A DNA stretch of 32,420 bases, from contig CAZMLQ010000005.1 in the NCBI GenBank assembly GCA_964567195.1, positions 1-32,420 of the forward strand, read 5' to 3'. The notes under the pieces were generated by a model, which worked only from the letters and a program-made list of their open reading frames with translations, was not told the origin of the DNA and did not search any database. Position 1 is the first letter of the stretch, and the number at the start of each line of letters is the position of its first letter. Positions 9,281 through 18,678 of the stretch are shown here, in pieces. A program made the position numbers and the translations under genes. The stretch comes from an uncultured Haloferacaceae archaeon (GTDB taxonomy: Archaea; Halobacteriota; Halobacteria; Halobacteriales; Haloferacaceae).

Positions 9281-12027
9281 TCCGTCGGGGGCTCGCGCCC
9301 GCGCCCGCCCTCGTTGCCCTCGCCCGGCCCCTCGTCGCCCGCCGCCCGGAGTGTCCGTTGCCACTCGCGCACCCGCGTCGCGAGGTCGACCGGCGCCACC
9401 TCGTCGACCGCCACCCCGCGTAGCTCGTCGAGCACCGCCGCCGCGGCCGGATCGACCGCGTCGTCGGCGGCCGTCTCCTCCCCGTCGACCGCGTCGCCGT
9501 CGGTCGCGTCGCCGCCGTCGGCCGCCCGCAGGTCGCCGCTCTCGAGGTCGAAGACGACCTGTCGGGGCTCGTCGTCGCCCTCGCGCCCGCGCTCGCCGCC
9601 GGCCACCTCGATGGCCTCGTCCTCGCGGAGGCGGTCGAGCACCTCGCGTGCGCGCTCGACCACGGGCCCGGGGACGCCCGCCAGTTCGGCGACGTGAACG
9701 CCGTACGAGCGGTCGGCGGGGCCGTCGGCGACGGTGCGGAGGAAGGTCACGTCGTCGCCGCGCTCGTCGGCCGCCATGTGGACGTTGGCGACGCCGTCGA
9801 TCCGGCCGGCGAGCTCCGTCAGCTCGTGGTAGTGGGTGGCAAAGAGCACGAGCGGCGAGGGCGCGGTCGCGCGTGCGCCCGAGAGCTGCTCGGTGGCCGC
9901 CCACGCGATCGAGACGCCGTCGTAGGTGGCGGTCCCCCGGCCGACCTCGTCGAGCACGACCAGCGACTCGTCGGTCGCGGCGTGTAGGATCCGCGACAGC
10001 TCGCTCATCTCGACCATGAACGTCGACCGGCCGCGCGCGAGCTCGTCGAGCGCCCCCACCCGGGTGTAGATCCCGTCGACGACCCCGACGGTCGCACGGT
10101 CGGCGGGCACGAAGCTCCCGGCCTGGGCGAGCAAGGCGACCAGCGCCGCCTGGCGCATGTAGGTCGACTTGCCGCTCATGTTCGGCCCCGTCACCAGCAG
10201 GAACGACCGGTCGCGGTCCATCACCAGGTCGTTGGGCACGAAGTCGGTGGTCCCCTCGACCACGGGGTGACGGCCGGCCTCGATCCGCAGCTGACCGGGC
10301 GCGACCACCTCGGGCCGACACCAGTCGTTCTCGGCGGCGTGGACCGCGAGCGCGGCCAGCGCGTCCAGCTCCGCCAGCGTCCGGCCAACGGCCTGACAGA
10401 GTGCGGTCGCCTCCGCGACCGTCCCGCGCAGCCGCTCGAACAGCTCGCGCTCGAGCTCGCCGCGGGCCTCCTCCAGCCGGAGGATCTCGCGCTCGCGCTC
10501 GGCCAGCTCGTCGGTCACGTACCGGCGGGAGCGTTTCAGCGTCTTGATCTCGCGGTACTCGTCGGGAACGGCGTCGGTCTCGGACTTCCCGACCTGGACG
10601 TAGTAGCCGTCGGTCCGGTTGCGATCGACCGTCAGGTGGGTGATCCCCGTCCGGCGCTTCTCGCGGGCGGGCAGCTCCTCGATCCACGACAGCGCCGCCT
10701 CGTGGCGCTCGATCAGCTCGTCGAGCTCGTCGTCGTGGCCCCGGCGGAACAGCCCGCCCTCGCCGGTCGTCCCCGGTGGATCCTCGACGAGCGCGTCGTC
10801 GATCCGGTCGGCCAGCCGCGCGGCCGCCGCCCCGTCGGGCCGGTCGAGCAGGGCCGGCAGCGGCGAGTCCGACAGCCGGCCCCCGACCGCCTCGACCAGG
10901 TCGGCGTGGGCCCACAGGGCGTCCCGGACCGCGAGCAGGTCGCCGGCGTCGGCCGTGTCGCTCGCCGCTCGGCTGGCCAGTCGCTCGAGGTCGGCCACCC
11001 CGTCGAGCCGGTCACGAACCCGCTCGCGGGCGAGCGCGGCGTCGGCCAGCGCCCCCACGCAGTCGTGGCGGCGCTCGATCTCCGGCCGGTCGCGCCGGGG
11101 GCGGGTGAGCCACTCGCGCAGGCGGCGCCGGCCAGGCGCCGTCACGGTGTGATCGACCGTCGCCAGCAGCGAGCCATCGCGCTCGCCCCGCATCGTCTCG
11201 ACGAGCTCGAGGTTGCGCTGGGTCGTCGCGTCCAGATCGACGTGGTCGCTGGGCTCGTAGGGACGCAGCCGGGTCATCGACGCCGCCACCCCCGCGCCGG
11301 TCGCCTCGACGTAGTCGAGCACCGCGCCCGCGGCCGCCGCAGCCGGGCGGTCGAGGCCGATCCCCTCGAGCACGCCAGCGCCGTAGCGCTCGCGCAGGGC
11401 GTGACGCGCCCGCTCGGGCCCGAACGCCGCCGCGTCGTGGAGACCGAGCGCGGCGTCGGTCGCGTCGCGCAGCCGATCGAGAAACGCCTCGTCGTCGCGC
11501 AGGGCCGGCCCCGGCAGCAGCTCGGTGGGATCGAACCGCGCGAGCTCGGTCGTCGCCGCCCCCGCGTCGGCCACCGTCGTCGCGGTGAACCGGCCCGTCG
11601 TCACGTCGGCGAAGGCTACCCCGATCCGGTCGCCGTCGCCGTCGCCGTCCGGATCCCGGACGACGCCCGCGAGGTAGCGGGCGGCGGCGTCGGTCGTCGA
11701 GAGCAGGGTGCCCGGGGTAACGACGCGACTCACCGACCGGGCGTGGCCGTCGGCGGTCTCGTGCTGGTCGGCCACCGCCACCCGGTGGCCGCGCTCGACC
11801 AGCGCCCGCAGGTACGGCGTCAGCTCCGCGACCGGCACGCCCGCCATCGGGTAGCTCTCGCCGCCCGAGGACTTCTCGGAGAGCTTCAGGTCCAGCTCGT
11901 CCGCGACCAGCTCCGCGTCGGGACCGAAGAACTCGTAGAAGTCGCCCACCTGCATCGCCAACACGTCGGCGTCGGCCGACTCCCGCAGGGCGACGAACTC
12001 CCCCACGATCCCTTCGGGCTCGGACAT
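9277..12027 (-). CDS. mutS: DNA mismatch repair protein MutS (MutS1 type)
   Basis: The mismatch-recognition motif GDFYEFF (Phe-x-Glu) is near the N-terminus. Walker A GPNMSGKSTYMRQ and the motifs DELGRGT-like (LDEVGRGTATYDG) and FATHYHELT are present. I trimmed the start to the ATG at 12027 (MSEPEGIV); the 755 upstream codons of the 1671-aa track ORF are R/G/P-rich shadow translation over thiDN and ridA. Confidence 0.93.
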   Translation of the reverse strand: MSEPEGIVGEFVALRESADADVLAMQVGDFYEFFGPDAELVADELDLKLSEKSSGGESYPMAGVPVAELTPYLRALVERGHRVAVADQHETADGHARSVSRVVTPGTLLSTTDAAARYLAGVVRDPDGDGDGDRIGVAFADVTTGRFTATTVADAGAATTELARFDPTELLPGPALRDDEAFLDRLRDATDAALGLHDAAAFGPERARHALRERYGAGVLEGIGLDRPAAAAAGAVLDYVEATGAGVAASMTRLRPYEPSDHVDLDATTQRNLELVETMRGERDGSLLATVDHTVTAPGRRRLREWLTRPRRDRPEIERRHDCVGALADAALARERVRDRLDGVADLERLASRAASDTADAGDLLAVRDALWAHADLVEAVGGRLSDSPLPALLDRPDGAAAARLADRIDDALVEDPPGTTGEGGLFRRGHDDELDELIERHEAALSWIEELPAREKRRTGITHLTVDRNRTDGYYVQVGKSETDAVPDEYREIKTLKRSRRYVTDELAEREREILRLEEARGELERELFERLRGTVAEATALCQAVGRTLAELDALAALAVHAAENDWCRPEVVAPGQLRIEAGRHPVVEGTTDFVPNDLVMDRDRSFLLVTGPNMSGKSTYMRQAALVALLAQAGSFVPADRATVGVVDGIYTRVGALDELARGRSTFMVEMSELSRILHAATDESLVVLDEVGRGTATYDGVSIAWAATEQLSGARATAPSPLVLFATHYHELTELAGRIDGVANVHMAADERGDDVTFLRTVADGPADRSYGVHVAELAGVPGPVVERAREVLDRLREDEAIEVAGGERGREGDDEPRQVVFDLESGDLRAADGGDATDGDAVDGEETAADDAVDPAAAAVLDELRGVAVDEVAPVDLATRVREWQRTLRAAGDEGPGEGNEGGRGREPPTD

Positions 12028-12128
12028 GGCCCCACCTGACGGGTCGGCGGCTAAAGCGCTGTGGGTCGTCGTCGGGAGGCTCGGAGACGGGGGACGGGAC
12101 GACCCCGACCGCCCACGGCCCGGGCTCG

Positions 12129-13469
12129 CTACGGCGCCGCCGCGAGCACCGCCAGCACCCGCTCGCGCAGGGCGTCGGCCGTCGCCGCCGGGAGCACCGC
12201 CGCGTCCGCCCCGACGACGGCCGCCGGCACCGTCCCCCCGGCCGCCTCGACGGCCGCGCCGAGCCTCGCGGCCGGATCCCCACCCTCGGCCTCGACGACC
12301 GGGCCCTCGAGCGCGCGCTCGATCGACCCGCACGTCGCCGCCCCGCCGACCGTGGCGAGAAAGCGCAGGCGTGGCTCGTGCTCGCGGGCCGCGAGCAGGA
12401 GCCGCGCCGCCGGCTCGTCGGCTCCGCCGGTCCGGACCCCGCGAGGGACGGCCGCGCCGTCGGCGGTCCGGACGAGCCGGCCGTCGACGGTCGCCGCCTC
12501 GGCCGGCGCCTCGGCGTAGCGGGTCGCGCCGACCAGCGCCATCCCGGTCCGGGGGACGATCGGGCCCACGTCGCGGTCGACGAACGCCGCCGCGAGATCG
12601 GCCACGGCCGCCGCCGTCCGGTCGCGGGCCGCCCGCTCGCGCAGCTCGACCGCGTGGTTGACCGCGCCCGGGCCCTCGCCCACGTCCAGCCCGTAGCGCA
12701 CCGCCCGGCTCATGAACGCCGTCCCCGCCGCGACCGCCCCGACGAGATCCGCGCCCGCCGCCAGCCGGGCCGCGATCGCGCTGGCGAGCGCACAGCCCGA
12801 GCCGTGGGTGGCGTCGGTGTCGACCCGGGGGTGCTCGAAGCGCTCGACCGCGACGCCGTCGCCGTCGCCCGCGGCCGTCACGAGCGTGTCCACGACCGTG
12901 TCGCCGCCGAGGTGGCCGCCCTTGACCAGCGCCGCCTCCGCGCCAGCCTCGACGAGCGTCTCGCCCGCCGTCCGGGCGTCGGCCGGGGTCTCGACCGGCC
13001 GGTCGGTCAGCGCCGCCGCCTCGTCGGCGTTCGGGGTGACGAGCGTCGCGTCGGCGATCAGGTCGTCGTAGGCGCGCTCGGCCGCGGGCGTCAACAGCCG
13101 GTCGCCCGAGGCGGCGATCATCACCGGATCGACGACGACCGGGCCGTCGTACCCCGCCAGCAGCCCCGCCACCGTCTCGACCACCGGCTCGGTGGCGAGC
13201 ATCCCCGTCTTGACCGCGGCCACGTCGAAGTCCTCGACGACCGCGCGGTACTGTGCCCGCACCGACTCGACCGGCAGGACGTGGCTGTCCTCGACCCCAC
13301 GGGTGTTCTGTGCCGTCGCCGCGGTCACCACGCTCGTCCCGAACGCGCCCGCGGCCTCCATCGTCTTCAGATCGGCCTGGATGCCCGCGCCACCGCCCGA
13401 GTCGCTGCCCGCGATCGTCAGCGCGACCGGGGGCGAGACCGGGGCGTGGCGTCGGCCGGCGTCCGTCAT
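12129..13469 (-). CDS. thiDN: Bifunctional hydroxymethylpyrimidine/phosphomethylpyrimidine kinase - thiamine-phosphate synthase (ThiD-ThiN fusion)
   Basis: The N-terminal ThiD motif is [24 protein letters not shown]-terminal domain of about 180 aa fits archaeal ThiN. I chose the ATG at 13469 (MTDAGRR); the track start at 13529 is a GTG. Confidence 0.85.
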   Translation of the reverse strand: MTDAGRRHAPVSPPVALTIAGSDSGGGAGIQADLKTMEAAGAFGTSVVTAATAQNTRGVEDSHVLPVESVRAQYRAVVEDFDVAAVKTGMLATEPVVETVAGLLAGYDGPVVVDPVMIAASGDRLLTPAAERAYDDLIADATLVTPNADEAAALTDRPVETPADARTAGETLVEAGAEAALVKGGHLGGDTVVDTLVTAAGDGDGVAVERFEHPRVDTDATHGSGCALASAIAARLAAGADLVGAVAAGTAFMSRAVRYGLDVGEGPGAVNHAVELRERAARDRTAAAVADLAAAFVDRDVGPIVPRTGMALVGATRYAEAPAEAATVDGRLVRTADGAAVPRGVRTGGADEPAARLLLAAREHEPRLRFLATVGGAATCGSIERALEGPVVEAEGGDPAARLGAAVEAAGGTVPAAVVGADAAVLPAATADALRERVLAVLAAAP

Positions 13470-13529
13470 GGCCGTGGCTACCACCGAGCGGTACTTGTCC
13501 GTGGCGGTGGGACCCCGCCGCCGTTGCAC

Positions 13530-13910
13530 TCAGTCCCGCAGACTCGCGATCGCCTCGATCTCGACGTCGGCCGCGAGCGGGATCTCGGCCACCTCGACCG
13601 CGCTCCGCGACGGGTACGGCCGCGAGAGCCGCGCGGCGTAGGCCTCGTTGACCGGCTCGTAGTCGGCCATGTCGGCCAGAAAGACCGTCGTCTTCACCAC
13701 GTCGTCCAGGCTCGCCCCCGCCGCGTCGAGGATCGCCGCCACGTTGTCCACCACCCGGTCGGTCTGGGCGGCGGCGTCGCCGTCGATCACCTCGCCCGTC
13801 GCCGGATCGACCGGGCCCTGGCCCGAGACGAACAGCCGGTCCCCGTCCCTGATCCCCTGCGAGTAGGGGCCGATCGCCGCCGGCGCCGCGTCCGTGCTGA
13901 TCTCCTCCAT
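13530..13910 (-). CDS. ridA: RidA/YjgF/UK114-family reactive-intermediate deaminase
   Basis: [12 protein letters not shown]...LFVSGQ...KTTVFL...R.AVEV are typical RidA motifs. I preferred the ATG at 13910 over the GTG at 13922 because a TTTAT box sits about 27 nt upstream of it. Confidence 0.85.
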   Translation of the reverse strand: MEEISTDAAPAAIGPYSQGIRDGDRLFVSGQGPVDPATGEVIDGDAAAQTDRVVDNVAAILDAAGASLDDVVKTTVFLADMADYEPVNEAYAARLSRPYPSRSAVEVAEIPLAADVEIEAIASLRD

Positions 13911-13932
13911 GCCGCCGTCCACCGCCGCCCCG

Positions 13933-13967
13933 GAGATAAACCCGGCCCCGACCGCCGGGCTTTAGCC
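13933..13967. promoter_or_regulatory. Pair of divergent TATA-like boxes (minus-strand gtttatctc; plus-strand gctttagcc) for ridA and the DsbA-like gene
   Basis: These are the only A/T-rich elements in the 78-nt intergenic region. Each lies 26-28 nt upstream of the respective start codon (13910 and 13989), which fits leaderless haloarchaeal transcripts. Confidence 0.4.
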
Positions 13968-13988
13968 GACCGGCGGCGAACCGGTCGC

Positions 13989-14615
13989 GTGAGCGATCCC
14001 CCCGACGGAACGGTCGCGGTCTACGCCGACTACGTCTGCCCGTTCTGCTTTCTCGGCCGGGAGTCGCTGCGTCGCCACGCCGCCTCGCGGGCCGAGGCCC
14101 CGACGATCGCGTGGCGGCCGTTCGACCTCCGGGCCGACCGCCGCGGGCCCGACGGCGGGCTCCGGCCGGCGGACGACCGCTCGAACGGGGACTACTACGA
14201 CCGGGTGCGAGAGAACGTCGCCCGCCTCGCCGAGCGCTACGGGGTCGGGATGGCCCGCGAGGTGGCGACCGGCGTCGACTCGCTGCCCGCACAGCGGCTC
14301 TCCTACCGCCTTGCCCGCGAGCACGCCTACGAGACGTGGCTGGCGTTCGACGAGGCGGTCTACGAGGCGCTCTGGCTCGACGACGAGCCGATCGACGAGC
14401 CCGACCTGCTGGTCGAGCTGGCGATCGAGGCGGGCGTCGACGCCGCCGACGCCCGGGCCGCGCTCGACGACGACGACGTGCTCGCGGCGCTCCGGGCGGC
14501 GTTCGAGGACGCCCGCCGGGCCGGCGTGACCGGCGTGCCGACGTTCGTCGCCGGCGGCGAACGGGTGCGCGGGGCCGTCCCGCCCGCCCGCCTACGGCGG
14601 CTGCTCGAAGGGTAG
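13989..14615 (+). CDS. DsbA/FrnE-family thiol-disulfide oxidoreductase
   Basis: A thioredoxin-fold CPFC active site sits in VAVYADYVCPFCFLG, and the C-terminal GVTGVPTF motif is present. GTG start at 13989. The upstream 537 codons of the track ORF are shadow translation. Confidence 0.8.
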   Translation: MSDPPDGTVAVYADYVCPFCFLGRESLRRHAASRAEAPTIAWRPFDLRADRRGPDGGLRPADDRSNGDYYDRVRENVARLAERYGVGMAREVATGVDSLPAQRLSYRLAREHAYETWLAFDEAVYEALWLDDEPIDEPDLLVELAIEAGVDAADARAALDDDDVLAALRAAFEDARRAGVTGVPTFVAGGERVRGAVPPARLRRLLEG

Positions 14616-14646
14616 ACAGACCCCCGTCCCCGGCCCGCGGGGCGAG

Positions 14647-16944
14647 CTACTCCTCGCCGTCGCCGGCCGGGGCGGGTGCGGCCGGGTCGGCGTCGGGCGC
14701 CGCCGCCTCGCCGTCCGTCTCGCCCGCCGCGACGGGCTCGATCAGCAGGTCACCCGGCGCGGCGGGGTGGTCGGTGACGACGCCGCGCTCGGTCTCGTCG
14801 CCCTCGGCGGCCGCCGCGGTCTGTGCCATCAGGATCGCCTGGGTGTCGTAGACGGGGCCGTCCTCGTCGGGACGGTGCTGGACGTAGCGCCCGTCGGGGC
14901 GCATCTCCCAGGCCCGGCGGTTGTCGGCCAGACAGAGCTCGAGGACGAACCGGAGCTGGTCGCGCAGGTCGGGGTCCTCGACCGGCGCGATCGCCTCGAC
15001 CCGGCTGTCGAGGTTACGCGTCATCCAGTCGGCGCTCCCGACGTAGTACTCGGGGTCGCCGGCGTTCTCGAAGTAGTAGATCCGGGAGTGTTCGAGAAAG
15101 CGCCCGACGATCGACCGGACGGAGACCGTCTCGCTCAGCCCGTCGAGACCGGGGCGGAGCCGGCAGATGTCACGCACGATCAGGTCGATCTCGACGCCCG
15201 CGGCCGCGGCGCGGTAGAGTTCGGCCACGATCGCGGGATCCTCGAGCGCGTTGCACTTGGCGACGATCCGGGCGCGCCGGCCGGCGCGGGCGTGGGCGGC
15301 CTCCCGCCGGATCATCGCGGTGAAGCGCTCGCGCATGGCGACGGGCGCGATCAGCAGCTTCCGGAACTGCTCGTCGAGCGACGGGCCGGTGAAGAAGTTG
15401 AACACCTTCACGAGGTCCTGGCCCACGTCGCGGTCGGCGGTCAACAGCCCGAGGTCGACGTAGCCCTTGGCCGTCCCGGAGTGGTAGTTGCCCGTCGCGA
15501 CGTGGGAGTAGAGCCGAACGCCCTCGTCCTCCTCGCGGACCACCAGCGCGGTCTTGGTGTGGGTCTTCAGCCCGATCGTGCCGTAGGCGACGTGGATGCC
15601 GTTCTCCTCCAGCTTGCGCACCCACTCGAGGTTGTTCTGCTCGTCGAAGCGGGCCTTCAGCTCGACCATCACCGCCACCTGCTTGCCGTTGTCGGCGGCG
15701 TCGATCAGCGACCCGATCACCTTCGAGTCGCTGGCGGTCCGGTAGATGGCGGCCTTGATCGCCAGCACGTCCGGGTCCGTGGCCGCCTCGTCGAGAAAGC
15801 GCTGGACCGTCTCGGTGAACGAGTGGTACGGGTGGTGGAGCAACACGTCGTCGTCGCGGATCGCGCGGAACACGTCGCCGTCGTCGCCGAGATCGCCTCC
15901 CCCGCCGGCCTCCGCCAGCGCCGGGTGCGGGCGGGGGGTCCACGGCTCGGGCTTCAGCTCCGGACGGTCGAGCTCGACCAGCGTCTCGAACTCCCTGAAA
16001 TCGAGCGGGCCGCGCCGGCGAAACACCTCCCGCTCGTCGAGCTCGAGCTGGTCGGTCAGGATCGACAGCATCCGTTCGGGGATCTCCCGCTCGACCTCGA
16101 GACGGACGACGGTTGCGAACCGGCGCTGTTCGAGCACCGACTCGATCATGTCGATCAGGTCCTCGGCGACCTCCTGGTCGCGACGCACCTCGGCGTTGCG
16201 GGTCAGCTTGAACAGCGCGGTGTCGACCACCTCGACCGAGGGGAGCAACAGGTCGAGGTTGGCGCGGATCACCTCCTCGATGAGCACGTAGCCGTGGCCC
16301 TCCTCGACGGGGACCAGCCGCGGCCGGTTCTGTGGCACCTTGATCCGGGTGAACGTCGGCTCGTCCTCGTCGTTCCGGCGGGTGAGTACCCCCAGCGACA
16401 GGCTCAGGTTCGAGATGAACGGGAACGGGTGGGCGGGGTCGAACGTCAGCGGCGTCAGCGTCGGGAGCACCGAGGTCTCGAAGTACTCGCGCATCGCGGC
16501 GCGCTCGTCGGGCCCGAGCTCGTCGTAGTCGAGGATCCTGATCCCGGCCTCGGCCAGCGCCGGCCGGACCGCCTCGTGGTAGCACTCGGTCTGGCGCTCG
16601 AACAGCGGCCGCGCCCGCTCGATCGCCTCGGCCCACTGCTCGGTCGGCGTCCGCCCGTCGACCGTCGGCTCGGTCACGTCCGCCTCGATCTGCTGTTTCA
16701 GCCCCCCGATCCGCTTCATGAAGAACTCGTCGAGGTTCTTGGTGAAGATGGCCAGAAAGCGGACCCGCTCCAACAGCGCGTGACGCCCGTCGAGCGCCTC
16801 GTTCAGCACGCGCTCCTGGAACTCGAGCTGGCTCAGCTCGCGGTTGAGGTAGTACGACGGGTCCGAGAGGTCGACCCCCTCCGGATCGACGGGGGCGGGC
16901 GCGTCGTCGAGGGCGGGGAGCGCGTCGCGGTCGGGCTCTGACAT
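14647..16944 (-). CDS. ppk1: Polyphosphate kinase 1
   Basis: The N-terminus YLNRELSQLEFQERVLNEA...RFLAIFTKNLDEFFMKR is diagnostic of PPK1. The phosphohistidine region (TIGLKTHTKTALVVR) and two PLD-like C-terminal domains are present. Confidence 0.93.
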   Translation of the reverse strand: MSEPDRDALPALDDAPAPVDPEGVDLSDPSYYLNRELSQLEFQERVLNEALDGRHALLERVRFLAIFTKNLDEFFMKRIGGLKQQIEADVTEPTVDGRTPTEQWAEAIERARPLFERQTECYHEAVRPALAEAGIRILDYDELGPDERAAMREYFETSVLPTLTPLTFDPAHPFPFISNLSLSLGVLTRRNDEDEPTFTRIKVPQNRPRLVPVEEGHGYVLIEEVIRANLDLLLPSVEVVDTALFKLTRNAEVRRDQEVAEDLIDMIESVLEQRRFATVVRLEVEREIPERMLSILTDQLELDEREVFRRRGPLDFREFETLVELDRPELKPEPWTPRPHPALAEAGGGGDLGDDGDVFRAIRDDDVLLHHPYHSFTETVQRFLDEAATDPDVLAIKAAIYRTASDSKVIGSLIDAADNGKQVAVMVELKARFDEQNNLEWVRKLEENGIHVAYGTIGLKTHTKTALVVREEDEGVRLYSHVATGNYHSGTAKGYVDLGLLTADRDVGQDLVKVFNFFTGPSLDEQFRKLLIAPVAMRERFTAMIRREAAHARAGRRARIVAKCNALEDPAIVAELYRAAAAGVEIDLIVRDICRLRPGLDGLSETVSVRSIVGRFLEHSRIYYFENAGDPEYYVGSADWMTRNLDSRVEAIAPVEDPDLRDQLRFVLELCLADNRRAWEMRPDGRYVQHRPDEDGPVYDTQAILMAQTAAAAEGDETERGVVTDHPAAPGDLLIEPVAAGETDGEAAAPDADPAAPAPAGDGEE

Positions 16945-17005
16945 GGGCGGCGAGTGTCGCCACTACGCCGGGCGCGCACAAATGGCTTCCCACCCGACCC
17001 CCGCG

Positions 17006-17374
17006 CTACGGCCGGTAGGCCTCGACCGGCGGCGTGAAGGTGTCGACCAGTTCGGTCTCGGGCGCCAGCCCGCGGACGCCGTGGCGCACCCCCGGCCCGA
17101 CGACGAAGGCGTCGCCCGCCTCCAGCCGGCGCTCGCGGTCGCCGAACAGCTCGACCGCCCCCGAGACGACGTAGACCGTCTGGCGAATCTCGTCGTGCTC
17201 GTGGGCGGGGAACGTCGCCCCCTCGGCCACCGTGTAGTGGACCACCATCGTCTCGTCGTCGTGACAGAGCACCCGCCGCTCGATCCCCTCGTAGGCCGGC
17301 TCGCGCAGGACCGGCGCCGACCGGCTCCCGAAGGTGATGTCGAGCGCGTCCCCCTCGGCCGCGTCGTCGTCCAT
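17006..17374 (-). CDS. Cupin-domain protein
   Basis: 122 aa with a cupin metal motif (FPAHEHDE...) and a second motif (GDAFVVGPGVRHGV). Confidence 0.75.
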   Translation of the reverse strand: MDDDAAEGDALDITFGSRSAPVLREPAYEGIERRVLCHDDETMVVHYTVAEGATFPAHEHDEIRQTVYVVSGAVELFGDRERRLEAGDAFVVGPGVRHGVRGLAPETELVDTFTPPVEAYRP

Positions 17375-17466
17375 GCGCCCCGACCGCGCGGGCGGCCCAA
17401 AGGCGTTCCCCCCGTTCGGCCCGGCCCCGGCACGAGCTTCAGGGCTCGCCCGCGAGAGCGGACCGC

Positions 17467-18604
17467 GTGCCCGTCGACCCCGTCACGGCCGTCCCGGTCG
17501 GGCGCGAGCTCGACGAGCGGTTCGCCAACGCACAGACGTGGATCGGGCGTCGCGAGTACCGTCTGGTCCGGATCACGGACGAGGCGGGGCGGGTCGACTG
17601 GGGCGAGTGCTGGGGGCCCGTCGCCGGCGACCGCGAGGTGGTCGCGGGGTTTCTCGCCCCGCGGCTGGTCGGGCGCGACCCGGAGGCGATCGCGGCGATC
17701 CACGAGAACCTCCGGTTCGCTCCGGTCGGCCTACCACTCCGCCGTCCCGGCGCGCGCGCTCGGGGCGTCGACCTCGCGCTCTTCGATCTCGCGGGCAGGC
17801 GGCTCGACCGATCGGCCGCGGTCCTGCTCGGGGGGCGCCGGCGCGACGCGGTGCGGGCCTACGCCACCGGCGGCTTCTGGCCCGACGCCGCCGACCGCGA
17901 GACGGTGATCGACGCCGTCGCGGAGGCCCGCGGCCACGTCGACGCCGGCTTCGACGCCCTGAAGCTGAAGATCGGCACCGAGCGCAACCTCCCCTTCGGC
18001 GGGCCCGAGACCGATCTCGCGCTCGTCCGCGCGGTCCGGGAGGCCGTCGGCCCCGACGTGACCCTGTTCGCCGACGCCGACTGCGCCTACGACCGCCCCG
18101 ACGCCCGCCGGGTCGGTCGGGGGCTGGCCGACCTCGGCGTTGGCTTCGTCGAGGAGCCGGTCGCCCCGACCGAGCGCGCGGCCTCCGCCCGGCTCAACCG
18201 GACGCTCGACGTGCCCGTCGCCGGCGGGGAGTCGTGGGCCGTCCGCGAGACGTTGGCCGACCGTCTCGACCGCGGCTGTGTCGGCGTGGTCCAGCCCGAG
18301 GTGACGAGCGCGGGCGGGCTCACCGCCGCCCCGCGGGTGGTCGAGCTGGCGACCGCCGCGGGCGTCCGGCCCGTCCACCGCGTGTTCGGGAGCGCGGTGG
18401 CGGTGGCCGCCAGTCTCCAGCTGCTCGCCACCCGCCCCACCCCGCCCGCGCCCCGCCTCGAGTTCGACCGGACGCCCCCCGCTGTGCGAGGGGCTCGCGG
18501 TCGATCCGATCGAGAACGACGGCCCGCGGGTGTCGATCCCCGAGGGGCCGGGGCCGGGGATCGAGCTCGGTCCCGACGCGATCGAGCGGGTCCGGATCGA
18601 CTGA
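17467..18604 (+). pseudogene. Enolase-superfamily (mandelate racemase / muconate-lactonizing enzyme subgroup) gene, disrupted by a frameshift in a C6 tract
   Basis: KxK motif (ALKLKIG), metal ligands (FADADCAY, FVEEP, AGGES) and VDLALFDL are present. After ...LEFDRTP the family-typical C-terminus (PLCEGLAVDPIENDGPRVSIPEGPGPGIELGPDAIERVRID*) continues in the +1 frame from about 18479 to the TGA at 18602-18604. The annotated frame gives R-rich nonsense running to 18642. Confidence 0.8.
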
Positions 18605-18678
18605 GCGATCCGGTCCGGGGCCGCCGTGGCCGGTGGGCGTAGCTCGCGTGCCCGGAGCCGGGACCCACGGGCTGTGAT

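Noticed and set aside
13470-13529. TPP riboswitch or leader upstream of thiDN
   Set aside because: The gap is only 60 nt and very GC-rich. I could not recognise the conserved TPP-aptamer elements (for example the CUGAGA motif), and haloarchaea generally regulate thiamine genes with protein regulators.
9277-14292. Giant 1671-aa ORF that could be read as a huge MutS fusion protein
   Set aside because: Only the C-terminal 916 aa (from the ATG at 12027) are MutS-like. The N-terminal 755 aa are monotonous R/G/P/A-rich sequence typical of off-frame translation in about 70% GC DNA. They overlap well-supported thiDN and ridA genes in other frames of the same strand.
14616-14646. Possible stem-loop terminator (ccccg...cgggg) between the convergent DsbA-like and ppk1 genes
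   Set aside because: The stem is short and imperfect, there is no adjacent oligo-T tract as expected for archaeal termination, and such G/C complementarity is common by chance at this GC content.
18475-18480. Programmed ribosomal frameshift in the enolase-superfamily gene
   Set aside because: I recognised no slippery heptamer or downstream structure. A simple C6 homopolymer indel (a mutation or a sequencing error) is the more economical explanation.
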